From Methanothermococcus sp. Ax23 (GTDB taxonomy: Archaea > AGJL01 > Methanococci > Methanococcales > Methanococcaceae), in contig NZ_CP157522.1 of the NCBI RefSeq assembly GCF_049075655.1, forward strand, positions 1,056,001 to 1,120,000: a DNA stretch of 64,000 nucleotides, written 5' to 3'. Below are positions 44,437-54,694 of the stretch, one piece after another. The notes under the pieces are model-generated. The model worked only from the letters and a program-made list of their open reading frames with translations, ran no database searches and was not told the origin of the DNA. Both the position numbers and the translations under genes were made by a program. Each line of letters begins with the position of its first letter. Position 1 is the stretch's first letter.

Positions 44437-44494
44437 TATTAAATATTTTTTATTTTTTTATTTTTATATTTATATTTATTTTAATATTATTTTT

Positions 44495-45625
44495 TTACTC
44501 AAAAACCCACACATCAACAACATCATTTTTATTTTTTAAAGTTTCATCTTCTTTTATCTCAATTAATCCATCGGCATAGGCGATTGATGTAATTAAATTA
44601 GAGCCTTTAAATGTTGGGTATGCCATACCATCTTTTAATTTAACTGGACGGAAATATGTCATCCCATACTCGGAAGGTATATCTTCTGATAGGTGAGCTC
44701 TAACAACCTTCTTTGAAAATGGAACATGTGCCAGTTTTTTTAAGAACGGTAGTAAAAACACATAACTACAAGTTAAACAAGACACCACATTTCCGGGCAT
44801 GCAGAAAATCGGTTTTTTATTTATCTCACCAAAGAGCATAGGCATTCCAGGTCTCATTTTGACTTTATGAAATATTATTTCCCCTATGCTTGATACCACT
44901 CTTGGAAGATAGTCCTTTTTTCCAGCAGATACTCCACCGGAGGTAATAATTACATCGCAGTGTTCCAATGCCTTATTTATCTTACTTTTTAAATCATCAA
45001 TATCATCCTTTGCATTTCCAATAAATATTGGTTGGCAGTTTGATTTTTTTACAATGGAAAAAATTGTTTTTGAATTTACATCCTTTATTGAATTTAATTC
45101 ATTTCCCGTGGATATTATACCAACCTTTGGAGTTTCATAAACCTTTATTTTTTCAATACCCAACGATGCAATGATTCCTATATTTCTCTCGGTTATTACT
45201 GTCCCTTTTTTTAAAACTTTATCATTCTTTTTTATATCGTCCCCTATTTTTATTATATTGGTTTCTTCAATGTCACCAATTAAACGAATCTCATTATTTG
45301 ATTTTTCAACATATTCAATAGGGATTACATAATTAGCCCCTTCGGGAACTTTTGCACCTGTGGCAACATGGATACATTCGCCCTTTTCAATTTTTAAATC
45401 TCGCATATCTCCTGCAAGGACTTCATCTACTAGTGTGTAATGTTTTAAATTTAAATCTACAACAGCATAACCATCCTTATCCGATTTACTAAAAAATGGA
45501 ATGTCCATATTTGAAGTAATATCTTCTGCTAAAACTTTACCGTATGAATCGTATATATCTACATAATTTACCTTATTAAATGAATATTTATTCAATATAT
45601 TTTTTGCATCACATACGCTAATCAT
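44495..45625 (-). CDS. moeA: Molybdopterin molybdotransferase MoeA
   Basis: DGYAV, STGNEL, TSGGVSAG, RPGMP, MPGN. Confidence 0.93.
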   Translation of the reverse strand: MISVCDAKNILNKYSFNKVNYVDIYDSYGKVLAEDITSNMDIPFFSKSDKDGYAVVDLNLKHYTLVDEVLAGDMRDLKIEKGECIHVATGAKVPEGANYVIPIEYVEKSNNEIRLIGDIEETNIIKIGDDIKKNDKVLKKGTVITERNIGIIASLGIEKIKVYETPKVGIISTGNELNSIKDVNSKTIFSIVKKSNCQPIFIGNAKDDIDDLKSKINKALEHCDVIITSGGVSAGKKDYLPRVVSSIGEIIFHKVKMRPGMPMLFGEINKKPIFCMPGNVVSCLTCSYVFLLPFLKKLAHVPFSKKVVRAHLSEDIPSEYGMTYFRPVKLKDGMAYPTFKGSNLITSIAYADGLIEIKEDETLKNKNDVVDVWVFE

Positions 45626-46103
45626 TATATCACTACCTTTTTTGAAAATCTTAATATTTTAATTATTTTTTTAAATAATAGTAAGTCTTTATACTTAATA
45701 TTTATCCAGTTTAGTAATATGCACTAATTACAAATATAGTATATTATATATAAATTTCCAAACTGCCCCAATATAAAATTAAAATAAGATAATACTATCT
45801 AATGAATTACTCCACCTTATGGCTGAGTTGAATGAAAACCTTTCTTCATGCCCCTTATCCTTCGGACGAAGTTTCCCAACTCATAAGGAATACTAGCTCA
45901 GAGATTGCCCCCTTTTAGATGTTCAATTTTGTTTTTTCTGACCAACAAAACCCAAAGGATTTGTCGAAAATCCGAACTTGTGAGTTTTCATCTGGATATC
46001 ACAGGTTATAACCTATAAATAGTATAATATAATATATCATTAACAACTAAACAATATTGTAGATTTTATACGATTATACTACATAACCTAAATTGGGGTT
46101 AGT

Positions 46104-46487
46104 ATGAAATTATTATCTAAAAGAGCTCAGCTATCATTAGAATTTTCAATATTGCTTTTAGCAATACTTGTAATGTCCATTTTATCAATTTATTATTTCC
46201 TAAATGATAATTTTAACGAAAAAGACAGGATGCTAGATAAAATAGAAGTTGGGGCTAAAACTGCTGTTTCACTTGTGAATTCTGGATGCAATGGAACTCA
46301 TACGGATTATCCGATAATATATTTAGGTATGAAATATGATGACACTAAAACAAATATTAGTATATATGTAAAAAACCGGAGCTCCGTAGATGATTACACA
46401 AAAAAGTTTATTAACTACACAATATATAATAGTCAAAATATAAATAGCTCTAAATATAATATAAACGTAATATATTCAAATGACTAG
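46104..46487 (+). CDS. Class III signal peptide (pilin-like) protein
   Basis: KRA/QLSLEF followed by a hydrophobic helix. Confidence 0.82.
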   Translation: MKLLSKRAQLSLEFSILLLAILVMSILSIYYFLNDNFNEKDRMLDKIEVGAKTAVSLVNSGCNGTHTDYPIIYLGMKYDDTKTNISIYVKNRSSVDDYTKKFINYTIYNSQNINSSKYNINVIYSND

Positions 46488-46497
46488 AAGGGATAGT

Positions 46498-46824
46498 ATG
46501 GCATGTATCGACAATTATAATTATGAAATATTGCACAAAGGTTCATTTAGGGAATGTGCGGAATACATCAGAAACAATTATAAAAACATAAGGGATTTAG
46601 ACGCTGGGGAGGAAGTTGTGGAAGGGGTCATGTTAATTGGTAAGCCGCCAATTCCAATAGCTTATGAAGAAGATTATATTGTATTTCCATATACAAAACC
46701 ATGTTATGGAAGTTTTGTTTTAAAAATCCCCTTAGAGGAATATATAAAAAGCGAAAAGAAGAAAAATGAAGATAAAAAAGATAAAGAAGGTAAAAATATA
46801 TTATCTAAATTAAAATTTTGGTAA
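46498..46824 (+). CDS. DUF1894-like conserved archaeal protein
   Basis: GKPPIPI, FPYTKPCYG. Confidence 0.72.
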   Translation: MACIDNYNYEILHKGSFRECAEYIRNNYKNIRDLDAGEEVVEGVMLIGKPPIPIAYEEDYIVFPYTKPCYGSFVLKIPLEEYIKSEKKKNEDKKDKEGKNILSKLKFW

Positions 46825-46833
46825 GGTGGTATT

Positions 46834-47280
46834 TTGAAGATAATGATTATATTGGGGTGTCCAGAACCTCCTGTTTTAATTCCTTCTTTTATATATCTTT
46901 TAAATATGCTAAAAAATAATGGTCATGAAGTGGTTGTTTCGGCAAATCCTGCTGCATTAAAATTGATTGAAACAGCTGACCCTGAAAAATATTATTTAAA
47001 AGGTGTTGGATTTCAAAATATAGACGAAGGATTGAAGCATAAATTTGATGTTGATATGATTATTGGTTTTGCACATAATGATGCTGCTGTTAATTATATT
47101 ATTACCTATAAAACAGTTTATGGTTCAAAAACTACTGCATTGGTATTTGGTAGGTGTATAAACGAAGAATTTGTAAAAAGTTTGGAAGAAGAAGGTATTA
47201 AAACATTTACCGCCAGGGCATTCCATAACCCAATGCCTGTTGTTGTGCAGTTAAAAAAGATTGTAAATGAAAATTTATAA
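46834..47280 (+). CDS. DUF1890-like conserved archaeal protein
   Basis: LGCPEPP, NPAALKL, HNDAA, AFHNP. Confidence 0.75.
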   Translation: MKIMIILGCPEPPVLIPSFIYLLNMLKNNGHEVVVSANPAALKLIETADPEKYYLKGVGFQNIDEGLKHKFDVDMIIGFAHNDAAVNYIITYKTVYGSKTTALVFGRCINEEFVKSLEEEGIKTFTARAFHNPMPVVVQLKKIVNENL

Positions 47281-47322
47281 CCATATAATCTATTTTATTT
47301 ATTTTTATAAAACTTGTATATT

Positions 47323-48093
47323 TTATATTTTGGTTAATTCATCCTGCTTTATCAGCGCTTCCCTTACACTTCTTTTAACACATTTTGCAATCATTTCTCC
47401 CAGTTTTGTATGCCCTCCCGTATAGTCTGCCTTTTTCCCGAATCCTTTAACAACAATTATATTATCCGTTCCTGTTCCAGTAGCCTGCAATTCTGGGTAT
47501 TTTGTGCTTTTTATGTTCAATTCCTGAAATGCGTTTGTTTTTGCTTCGGTAATTGTAATAATTGCCCTTGCCATTGCCCCATCTGTTAAATCTGCATTTG
47601 TTATAAGTATTATATTAACAGTTCCGACTTTTTCTTTTTCAACCAACTTTCCATTAACGATTTTATAGGTTTTAAAGTCTTTTTCGATATAATCCGCTTC
47701 TTCATCCCCCAACCGTATGGCATTAAATTTTGCTCCCGCAGTTGTAAATGCTATTGTGTAGAATTCATCAAATTCTTCTTTTGCAACGGCAAGATTGTCC
47801 ATATTTGCCCCAGTGGATAACAATGCAATATCCTTTTCATTTATGCCTATCTTTTCCAAAACCTGCTTTTCATAATCTTTATAACTATGGACCTTATCCC
47901 AGAATAGAACAGGTATTGAGTTATTTCCAACATATTTAACAGTTTTAAATCCCTCTCTTGTAGATAATACTTTTCTATTTTTATTAAATTCAATCATCAA
48001 TGTTTTTGTAGGTTCTGATTCATCTCCAATTTCTACTGTATGGGGTATTTTTAGAGCTCTCCAGTTATCCAATTTATAAATGTTTTCAATCAC
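47323..48093 (-). CDS. cbiZ: Adenosylcobinamide amidohydrolase
   Basis: TAG...NA, GTVNII, TEAK, ATGTGTD, GGHTKLG. Confidence 0.88.
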   Translation of the reverse strand: MIENIYKLDNWRALKIPHTVEIGDESEPTKTLMIEFNKNRKVLSTREGFKTVKYVGNNSIPVLFWDKVHSYKDYEKQVLEKIGINEKDIALLSTGANMDNLAVAKEEFDEFYTIAFTTAGAKFNAIRLGDEEADYIEKDFKTYKIVNGKLVEKEKVGTVNIILITNADLTDGAMARAIITITEAKTNAFQELNIKSTKYPELQATGTGTDNIIVVKGFGKKADYTGGHTKLGEMIAKCVKRSVREALIKQDELTKI

Positions 48094-48275
48094 TTTACCA
48101 CCAGAAATAAATATTATATTTTTAATATAGTTTAATAATTTAGTATATTATTACGATATTATATTTAATTGATATTTAAATGTTTTAAAGTAATCTTAAA
48201 TTAAGCATATAAATAGATATGTCAATATTAAATATACCAATTATCCAAAAAATAAAAAATTAAACTATTGATAAT

Positions 48276-49361
48276 ATGATGAATAAAATACATGAAAAGC
48301 AATTAAACGAAAATAAAATTAAAATATTGGATGAGGTAAAAAAACATTATAAAGAATACTTTATTTACGCCATTAAAAGAAAATGGTTGGAAATTCCTGA
48401 TGAGATACACCATAAAGAAATAGGTTTTGGATATTTAAAAAAGGTAGATAATAGGAATATATCCTTCGATTCTGAAAAAGAATATTTAAAATGGGTTTTG
48501 GAAAACGCTCCATTTCATTTATATAAATCTCTCTCATATATGGAACATCCTGATTTCATTGGCGGTGCTTCTCAAAAAAAGATATTAAAAAGAGAGATGG
48601 CATTTGATATTGATGTCCATAGGGTAAAAAAATGCACTCATGAGGACGATGGCTGGATTTGTAAATACTGTTTGGAGGAGGCAAAAAATCAAGCATTTAT
48701 ATTAATTGATGAATTTTTAATATCTGATTTTGGTCTATCAAAAAATGATTTAAAAATAGTTTTCAGTGGAAATAGAGGATATCATATTTACATAAAACCG
48801 CAGGATGAGGAGATAAAAAATACCATAGAACATTGGGATAGGTATCAAAGGCGATATTTTATAGAGTATATATTGGGAAAGAATTTAAATTTAAATTATG
48901 TTGGAAGCGGATGGAGTAGGAGAATATTAAATAATATAAAAAATAAGCAGATAAAAACCCAGTTGAGTAAAACCAAAAATTGGAAGCAAATAATTGATAA
49001 AAAAAATGAAAATGATAAAAATAAAATACTATCAATAATAGAAAATACCAAAAACAGATTGGAACTTGATGAAAAGGTTATGGAAGATGACATTAGATTG
49101 TTAAGAGTAATTGGTTCTTTACATGGATATACAGGATTTATTGTTAAAGAAATAAAATACAATTCATTGGAATATTTTAACCCTTTAAACCATGCAGTAT
49201 TTTCTAAATTCAATAAAGAATATTATAATGTAAAAATAAATCAAAAGATTGATTCATTGAGAATAAAGGATAAAACCTACACTACTCGGAGTAAGGAAAT
49301 CCCTGCAAGCATGTTATTGTTTTTATTTGGTCATGGCGTGGATTTTGAAATATTGGATTAA
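48276..49361 (+). CDS. priS: DNA primase catalytic (small) subunit
   Basis: FDID, FSGNRGYH, D..V..D.IRLLR, SLHG. Confidence 0.95.
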   Translation: MMNKIHEKQLNENKIKILDEVKKHYKEYFIYAIKRKWLEIPDEIHHKEIGFGYLKKVDNRNISFDSEKEYLKWVLENAPFHLYKSLSYMEHPDFIGGASQKKILKREMAFDIDVHRVKKCTHEDDGWICKYCLEEAKNQAFILIDEFLISDFGLSKNDLKIVFSGNRGYHIYIKPQDEEIKNTIEHWDRYQRRYFIEYILGKNLNLNYVGSGWSRRILNNIKNKQIKTQLSKTKNWKQIIDKKNENDKNKILSIIENTKNRLELDEKVMEDDIRLLRVIGSLHGYTGFIVKEIKYNSLEYFNPLNHAVFSKFNKEYYNVKINQKIDSLRIKDKTYTTRSKEIPASMLLFLFGHGVDFEILD

Positions 49362-49387
49362 TCATAGAAATTTAAGTTAATTTTAAA

Positions 49388-50354
49388 CGCTCATGTTCTT
49401 ATATCGGTTGAAAGTAATATCGATAACCATGTCTGTTTATTATTTAGTTTCAATGCCAACAAGTCTAAATACCCCTGTAACCATCGGAAACTAACTCCTC
49501 GGTATTTACTCATATAACTTCTTAAAAAACTGTGTCTATTCTCACAGCTATTGACATGAACATCTCCACGGGCAAATTCTCGCTTGGAATGATTTACAAA
49601 ATCATGCCCTTTCACAGTATTATCTAAATATATAGGTAGGTTTTCATAGATAGAATATTCATCAGTATATATCTTTATTTTTCCATTAATACAATCCTTA
49701 AATCTGTTCTTGAATTTTTTAGGAAACTTTTTAAGATTTTCAAAAACTGTGAATTTAACTTCCTTAGATTTTCGAACTACTATTGTAATTATTGGAGGTT
49801 TTCCTGATTTTGCTGTTCCTCTCCCTCTTTTGTGAGAACTTCTTTTTTTAGGATTCTTTTTTTAAACCTTTATCTCCTGCATGGATGTAAATTTCATCCA
49901 TCTCTATAATATCTTCCAATGTAGGGGATAATTTACCAGATATTTTTTGAACCTCATGGACGAAGTTTAAAACTGCTTTGTAGTCCCTATCCAATTCCTC
50001 AGAAATCTCTTTTGTAGATTTATGAGGCATATTTGCCAAAATATACATCATTTCATTAACTGGAAATTTATGATGTTCAAATATGGTATTAGTTAGGTCA
50101 TTGAATAATTTTCCACAGCTTTTACATTTATATCTTTGAGATTTCTTTGAGTTAGAGCCGTATTTTAAAATCTCTTTACTATTACAGTATGGACAAGTTA
50201 TTCCATCTTTCCATTTAGCTTTCCTAATTACCTCATAACATTTCTCTATATCTGGTAGAAATAAATTCCTGATAATGTCTTTATTCTCTATCATGGTAAA
50301 TATTATATATTTGAGAATATATAAATATTACCAACTGGAATATACAGATGAGCG
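49388..50354 (-). mobile_element. IS1595-family insertion sequence (~967 bp)
   Basis: Imperfect TIRs starting CGCTCAT; 8-bp TSD ATTTTAAA at 49380-49387 and 50355-50362. Confidence 0.92.
49391..50294 (-). CDS. IS1595 transposase split by a +1 frameshift at A7 (49857-49863)
   Basis: CPYC/CKSC Zn ribbon and EMDE in ORF1; the +1 frame gives KRGRGT, YTDEY, VNHS, HVNSCE. Confidence 0.85.
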
Positions 50355-50357
50355 ATT

Positions 50358-51209
50358 TTAAATTCTGAATAAATCCAGCCCTATATCAACGGCACGGGCG
50401 GAATGTATTAAGCATCCCATGGATATTACATCAACATCGTATTTTGCATAGTCTAATACATTATCTTCGTTTATTCCACCACTAACTTCAATAAATGGTC
50501 TATATTTATTTTTATTTTCAAATTCATTTATTATATTAAGGGCTTCTTCAATATTATCAGGCTTAAAATTGTCTAACAATATAATATCTGGTCTGTATTT
50601 TAATACTTCTTTTAACTGCTCTAAATTATCTACTTCAATCTCCACCTTTTTTGAGAAACTGAGCTTTTTTATCTCATTAAAGCATTTCTCGATTCCAACG
50701 GCTTCAATGTGATTATCTTTAATCATCACCATATCATCCAATCTTAATCTATGGGTATCGCCTCCCCCAACATAAACTGCATATTTTTCAACCATTGATA
50801 GCATTGGGAGGGTTTTTCTTGTGCAGGCGATTTTTACATTTTTATTTATTTCCCTTACCATTTTTACTATGTGATATGTTTTCGTAGCTATTCCAGACAG
50901 ATGCATTAGAAAATTTAAAATTGTTCTTTCAAGTGTTAAAATTGTTTTTGTATTTCCATAAATCTCCATTATATGAGCATTTTTCTGGACGACACTCCCC
51001 TCATTTACAAAGATTTTGTATTTTAGATTATAATCATCCAAGAAATCCGCGACAAAATTTATTCCACAAACTACTGCATTCTCCTTAACTCTTATTACTG
51101 CCTTGGATTCGTGGTTTTTTGGAATAATCAATTCTGTGGTTAAATCTCCAAAACCAACATCATAAATAAGAGATTCTTTTAAGAGTTTTTTTACACATTC
51201 ATTTATCAT
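50358..51209 (-). CDS. nadC: Nicotinate-nucleotide diphosphorylase (quinolinate phosphoribosyltransferase)
   Basis: TRKT, HRLRLDDMVMIKDNH, EIEV, LLDN, EVSGGI. Confidence 0.97.
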   Translation of the reverse strand: MINECVKKLLKESLIYDVGFGDLTTELIIPKNHESKAVIRVKENAVVCGINFVADFLDDYNLKYKIFVNEGSVVQKNAHIMEIYGNTKTILTLERTILNFLMHLSGIATKTYHIVKMVREINKNVKIACTRKTLPMLSMVEKYAVYVGGGDTHRLRLDDMVMIKDNHIEAVGIEKCFNEIKKLSFSKKVEIEVDNLEQLKEVLKYRPDIILLDNFKPDNIEEALNIINEFENKNKYRPFIEVSGGINEDNVLDYAKYDVDVISMGCLIHSARAVDIGLDLFRI

Positions 51210-51435
51210 AAAATCACCAATCAACATATCTATACCATTTTATATTATTTATTAAATTTTAACAGTGATGAATTATTTATTAAGGAATTCTGGAATTTTT
51301 TTAATTTATGAATATAAATACATTTAATATATCATTATGCCCTCTATGATTAGCCATATAATTAGCCATATATAGTATGTATTTAAAATATTATCAAATT
51401 ATTCTTTTATGTATATTATTATAAGGTGGTATCTT

Positions 51436-51828
51436 ATGCTTAAAACACTTCCCCCCACACTAAGAGAGAAAAAAAGATATATTTCATTTAAAATTCTTTA
51501 TCATAAGGAATTATCTGGAGGCGAGGTAGTAAATATAATCAGAACTGCAATTATTGATTACTATGGAGTTTGGGGCTGTTCAAAGAGTAATCCGTGGTTA
51601 ATTGATTATAATCATCCAAAGGGTCTTTTAAGAGTATGCCGTGATGAAGTGGATTTTGTGAAGTCCGCACTTATTTTATTTAATGAATATAAAAAACATC
51701 CAATAAATATAATAATATTAGGAGTTTCGGGAACTATCAAAAAGTCAAGAAAAAAGTTTTTAAAAGTCCCTCATGAAGAATATTATAAAGTTATTCAGAG
51801 AAGAAAAAAGGAGATGCAATCCAAATAA
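51436..51828 (+). CDS. rnp2: Ribonuclease P protein component 2 (Pop5)
   Basis: LPPTLREKKRYI, GVSGTIKK. Confidence 0.93.
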   Translation: MLKTLPPTLREKKRYISFKILYHKELSGGEVVNIIRTAIIDYYGVWGCSKSNPWLIDYNHPKGLLRVCRDEVDFVKSALILFNEYKKHPINIIILGVSGTIKKSRKKFLKVPHEEYYKVIQRRKKEMQSK

Positions 51829-51901
51829 TTCAATAAACCATAAAAATAATTAAAAAAATAACTTAAAAACATTAACCTAAATAAAAAATAAAGGTGCTAT
51901 C

Positions 51902-52816
51902 ATGTTAAAAACCAGCATATTTGGAATCGATTTTAAAAATCCTGTATTTTTAGCCGCTGGAGTGATGGGTGAAACAGGAAGTGCATTAAAAAGAATGGCA
52001 AAAAATGGTGCAGGAGCTCTATGCACAAAGTCAGTTGGAATGGAAAAAAGGGAAGGACATAACAATCCAACAATGGTTGAAGTTGAGGGAGGTTTCTTAA
52101 ATGCCATGGGACTTCCAAATCCAGGAGTAAGGGAATATGTCGAGGAACTTGAAAGAGTGAAGGATGATTTAAAACGAATGGATGCAAAATTAATAGGTTC
52201 TATATATGGAAAAGACCCCAATGAATTTTCGGAGGTTGCAGAAATTATTGAGCCCCATGTGCAATTAATAGAGTTAAACATATCCTGCCCACATGCCGGT
52301 GGTTGCTACGGAGCTCAGATAGGACAAAATCCAGATTTATCATATAAGGTTGTTTCTGCTGTAAAAGATGCTGTAAATATTCCCGTTGTGGCAAAACTTA
52401 CCCCAAATGTGGTAGATATAAAGGAGATAGCAAAAACTGTTGTTGAAGCAGGAGCTGATGGGATTACGGCAATAAATACCTTAGGTCCTGGAATGGTAAT
52501 AGATATAGAAACCCAAAAACCAATACTGGGAAATAAAGTCGGTGGAATGTCGGGAAAAGCTATAAAGCCAATAGCCGTAAAAAATGTATATGATATTTAC
52601 TCAGTAGTTGATGTCCCAATAATTGGAGTTGGAGGAATAACTACTGGATATGATGCTATTGAATTTATGTTGGCAGGAGCTCATGCTGTTCAGGTTGGAA
52701 CTGGTGTTTATTACAGAGGATACGACATATTTAATAAAATCTGCGATGAGATGGAGGCATTTTTAAAGGAGAAGAATCTCAAACTCAAAGATATAATAGG
52801 GGGAGCTCATGAGTGA
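51902..52816 (+). CDS. pyrD: Dihydroorotate dehydrogenase (family 1B catalytic subunit)
   Basis: [27 protein letters not shown]. Confidence 0.96.
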   Translation: MLKTSIFGIDFKNPVFLAAGVMGETGSALKRMAKNGAGALCTKSVGMEKREGHNNPTMVEVEGGFLNAMGLPNPGVREYVEELERVKDDLKRMDAKLIGSIYGKDPNEFSEVAEIIEPHVQLIELNISCPHAGGCYGAQIGQNPDLSYKVVSAVKDAVNIPVVAKLTPNVVDIKEIAKTVVEAGADGITAINTLGPGMVIDIETQKPILGNKVGGMSGKAIKPIAVKNVYDIYSVVDVPIIGVGGITTGYDAIEFMLAGAHAVQVGTGVYYRGYDIFNKICDEMEAFLKEKNLKLKDIIGGAHE

Positions 52817-53999
52817 GAAAAATTTTAATGAATTTGTGGAGTTTCCGAGCGTAAGCGAGGAAATGAGCAAATTCGAAGAATTTGTGCAATTTTTAAACTC
52901 AAATAATCCATCTGAGGTAATCGATAAGTTAAATTTAATAAATGAAATGGAGAAAAGTAATAAATGGGATAATAAAAGTAATAAAAGTAATAATAAAGAT
53001 AAAACTAATACTAACACTGAAAGTAATAAAAAATACATCACATACTCAAAAAATGTATTTATTCCATTGTGCAATTGGTGCAGGAATGTTTGTGGATACT
53101 GCACATTTAGAAATGAAAATTATAAATTGATGAATAAAAATGAGGTTAAAGAAATCCTTTTAAAAGGAGACAAATACGGCTGTAAAGAGGCATTATTTAC
53201 ATTTGGAGAAAATGTTGATGAAAACGAAAAAATAAGGGAAGATTTAAAAAAAATGGGATACAGTAGCATTTTAGAATATCTTTATGATTTGGAGGACTGG
53301 TGCCTTAATAATACTGAATTATTGCCCCATACAAACTGCGGGATACTGAATTATGAAGAACTAAAACTATTAAAAGAAGTTAATGCTTCCATGGGTCTTA
53401 TGCTTGAAAATTCAAGTGAAAGGCTTTTTAAAACCATCGCACATAAGGACAGCCCTGGAAAAGAGCCGAAAAAACGATTAAAAATGATTGAAAATGCTGG
53501 AAAATTAAAAATCCCATTTACAACAGGTATTTTAATTGGGATAGGTGAAACAAACGAGGAAATTGTTAAATCATTATATGACATTAAAAAACTTAATGAA
53601 GAATATGGGCATATTCAGGAGGTTATAATTCAGAATTTCAGGTCGAAAAAAGGCATACCTATGGAGGACTTTAAAGAGCCTTCTCCTTTAAAAATGTTGA
53701 AGGTTTTAATCGTGGCAAAATTAATATTAAACGATATATCCATACAAGTTCCTCCAAATCTAAATTCTGAAACTGGTCAGTTATTCTTATTTGCGGGTGT
53801 TGATGACTGGGGCGGAGTATCTCCATTAACAAAAGATTATGTAAATCCGGAAGCTCCATGGCCGGAGATTGAGGAGTTAAGGCGATATACTGAGGAATTT
53901 GGATATGTATTAAAAGAGAGATTGCCAGTTTATGAAAAATATATTAATAAAACATGGTTAAGTGATAAGGTGCTTGAAAAAATTTTATATAAAAAGTAA
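52809..53999 (+). CDS. cofG: FO synthase subunit CofG (radical SAM)
   Basis: [38 protein letters not shown]. Confidence 0.95.
   Translation: MSEKNFNEFVEFPSVSEEMSKFEEFVQFLNSNNPSEVIDKLNLINEMEKSNKWDNKSNKSNNKDKTNTNTESNKKYITYSKNVFIPLCNWCRNVCGYCTFRNENYKLMNKNEVKEILLKGDKYGCKEALFTFGENVDENEKIREDLKKMGYSSILEYLYDLEDWCLNNTELLPHTNCGILNYEELKLLKEVNASMGLMLENSSERLFKTIAHKDSPGKEPKKRLKMIENAGKLKIPFTTGILIGIGETNEEIVKSLYDIKKLNEEYGHIQEVIIQNFRSKKGIPMEDFKEPSPLKMLKVLIVAKLILNDISIQVPPNLNSETGQLFLFAGVDDWGGVSPLTKDYVNPEAPWPEIEELRRYTEEFGYVLKERLPVYEKYINKTWLSDKVLEKILYKK
52839..52886. repeat. 48-nt in-frame double-hairpin insert at the cofG N-terminus
   Basis: TTTCC-GAGCGTAAGCGA-GGAAA plus CAAATTC-GAA-GAATTTG; GAATTTGTG repeated 48 nt apart. 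Confidence 0.75.
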
Positions 54000-54043
54000 T
54001 AAAAAACAGATAATAAAAGATAGGCAATAATAAAAAAGCAAAA

Positions 54044-54511
54044 CTACTTAATTTTAAACCAGCAGTATCCATTTTCTTTTATTATTAATCTATTCTCATC
54101 CCATAGATTTATTTTATATTTTTTTCCATTTAATTCATTTAGCATGGCAACAAGCATGGATGGGATGGGGCATGCACTTCCAGGTATTTCAGCCTCCCCA
54201 ATTTGCTTTGGGCAGTATCTACATTTATCTATTTTTATCCCAATCTTTTCATCTTCAATTATGTAATCATCACACATATCACAAAAATTTATTAAAAATT
54301 TTATTAATTCTTTTTCGTCTTCCGGGGTGTCAGAATGTATTTCTTCCACACATCTTGCAACTTTTTTTCCCACTCCATTTCCTACAAGATTTGTGGTTCC
54401 TTGATTTAAGATTCCCAATTGTGCAAATTCTGCCAATAATGAGGTTAAAACAATATGTAGATTTTTTAATTTTCTATCTTCGATTAATTTCTTATATGAA
54501 TCAATTGCCAT
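54044..54511 (-). CDS. Hypothetical Cys-rich protein (V4R/output-domain-like)
   Basis: C..CP, ACPIP and terminal C; AGGTGG RBS. Confidence 0.65.
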   Translation of the reverse strand: MAIDSYKKLIEDRKLKNLHIVLTSLLAEFAQLGILNQGTTNLVGNGVGKKVARCVEEIHSDTPEDEKELIKFLINFCDMCDDYIIEDEKIGIKIDKCRYCPKQIGEAEIPGSACPIPSMLVAMLNELNGKKYKINLWDENRLIIKENGYCWFKIK

Positions 54512-54694
54512 ATTACCACCTTTTTAAAAATATGTTAAAAGGTAATAAAATAGCATATATATACTTTTTTAGAATACTTTATAATAAATAAAATTAATTT
54601 TAATTATGGATATAACATAATATAATGCAAGTATTAAATAATTTAATAATAATATAATATAAAAAAATAATTAAAAATATTAACTAAAATTAAT

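Noticed and set aside
52955-53035. AATAAAAGT-type low-complexity repeat in cofG
   Set aside because: In-frame Asn/Lys-rich slippage linker, common in AT-rich genomes.
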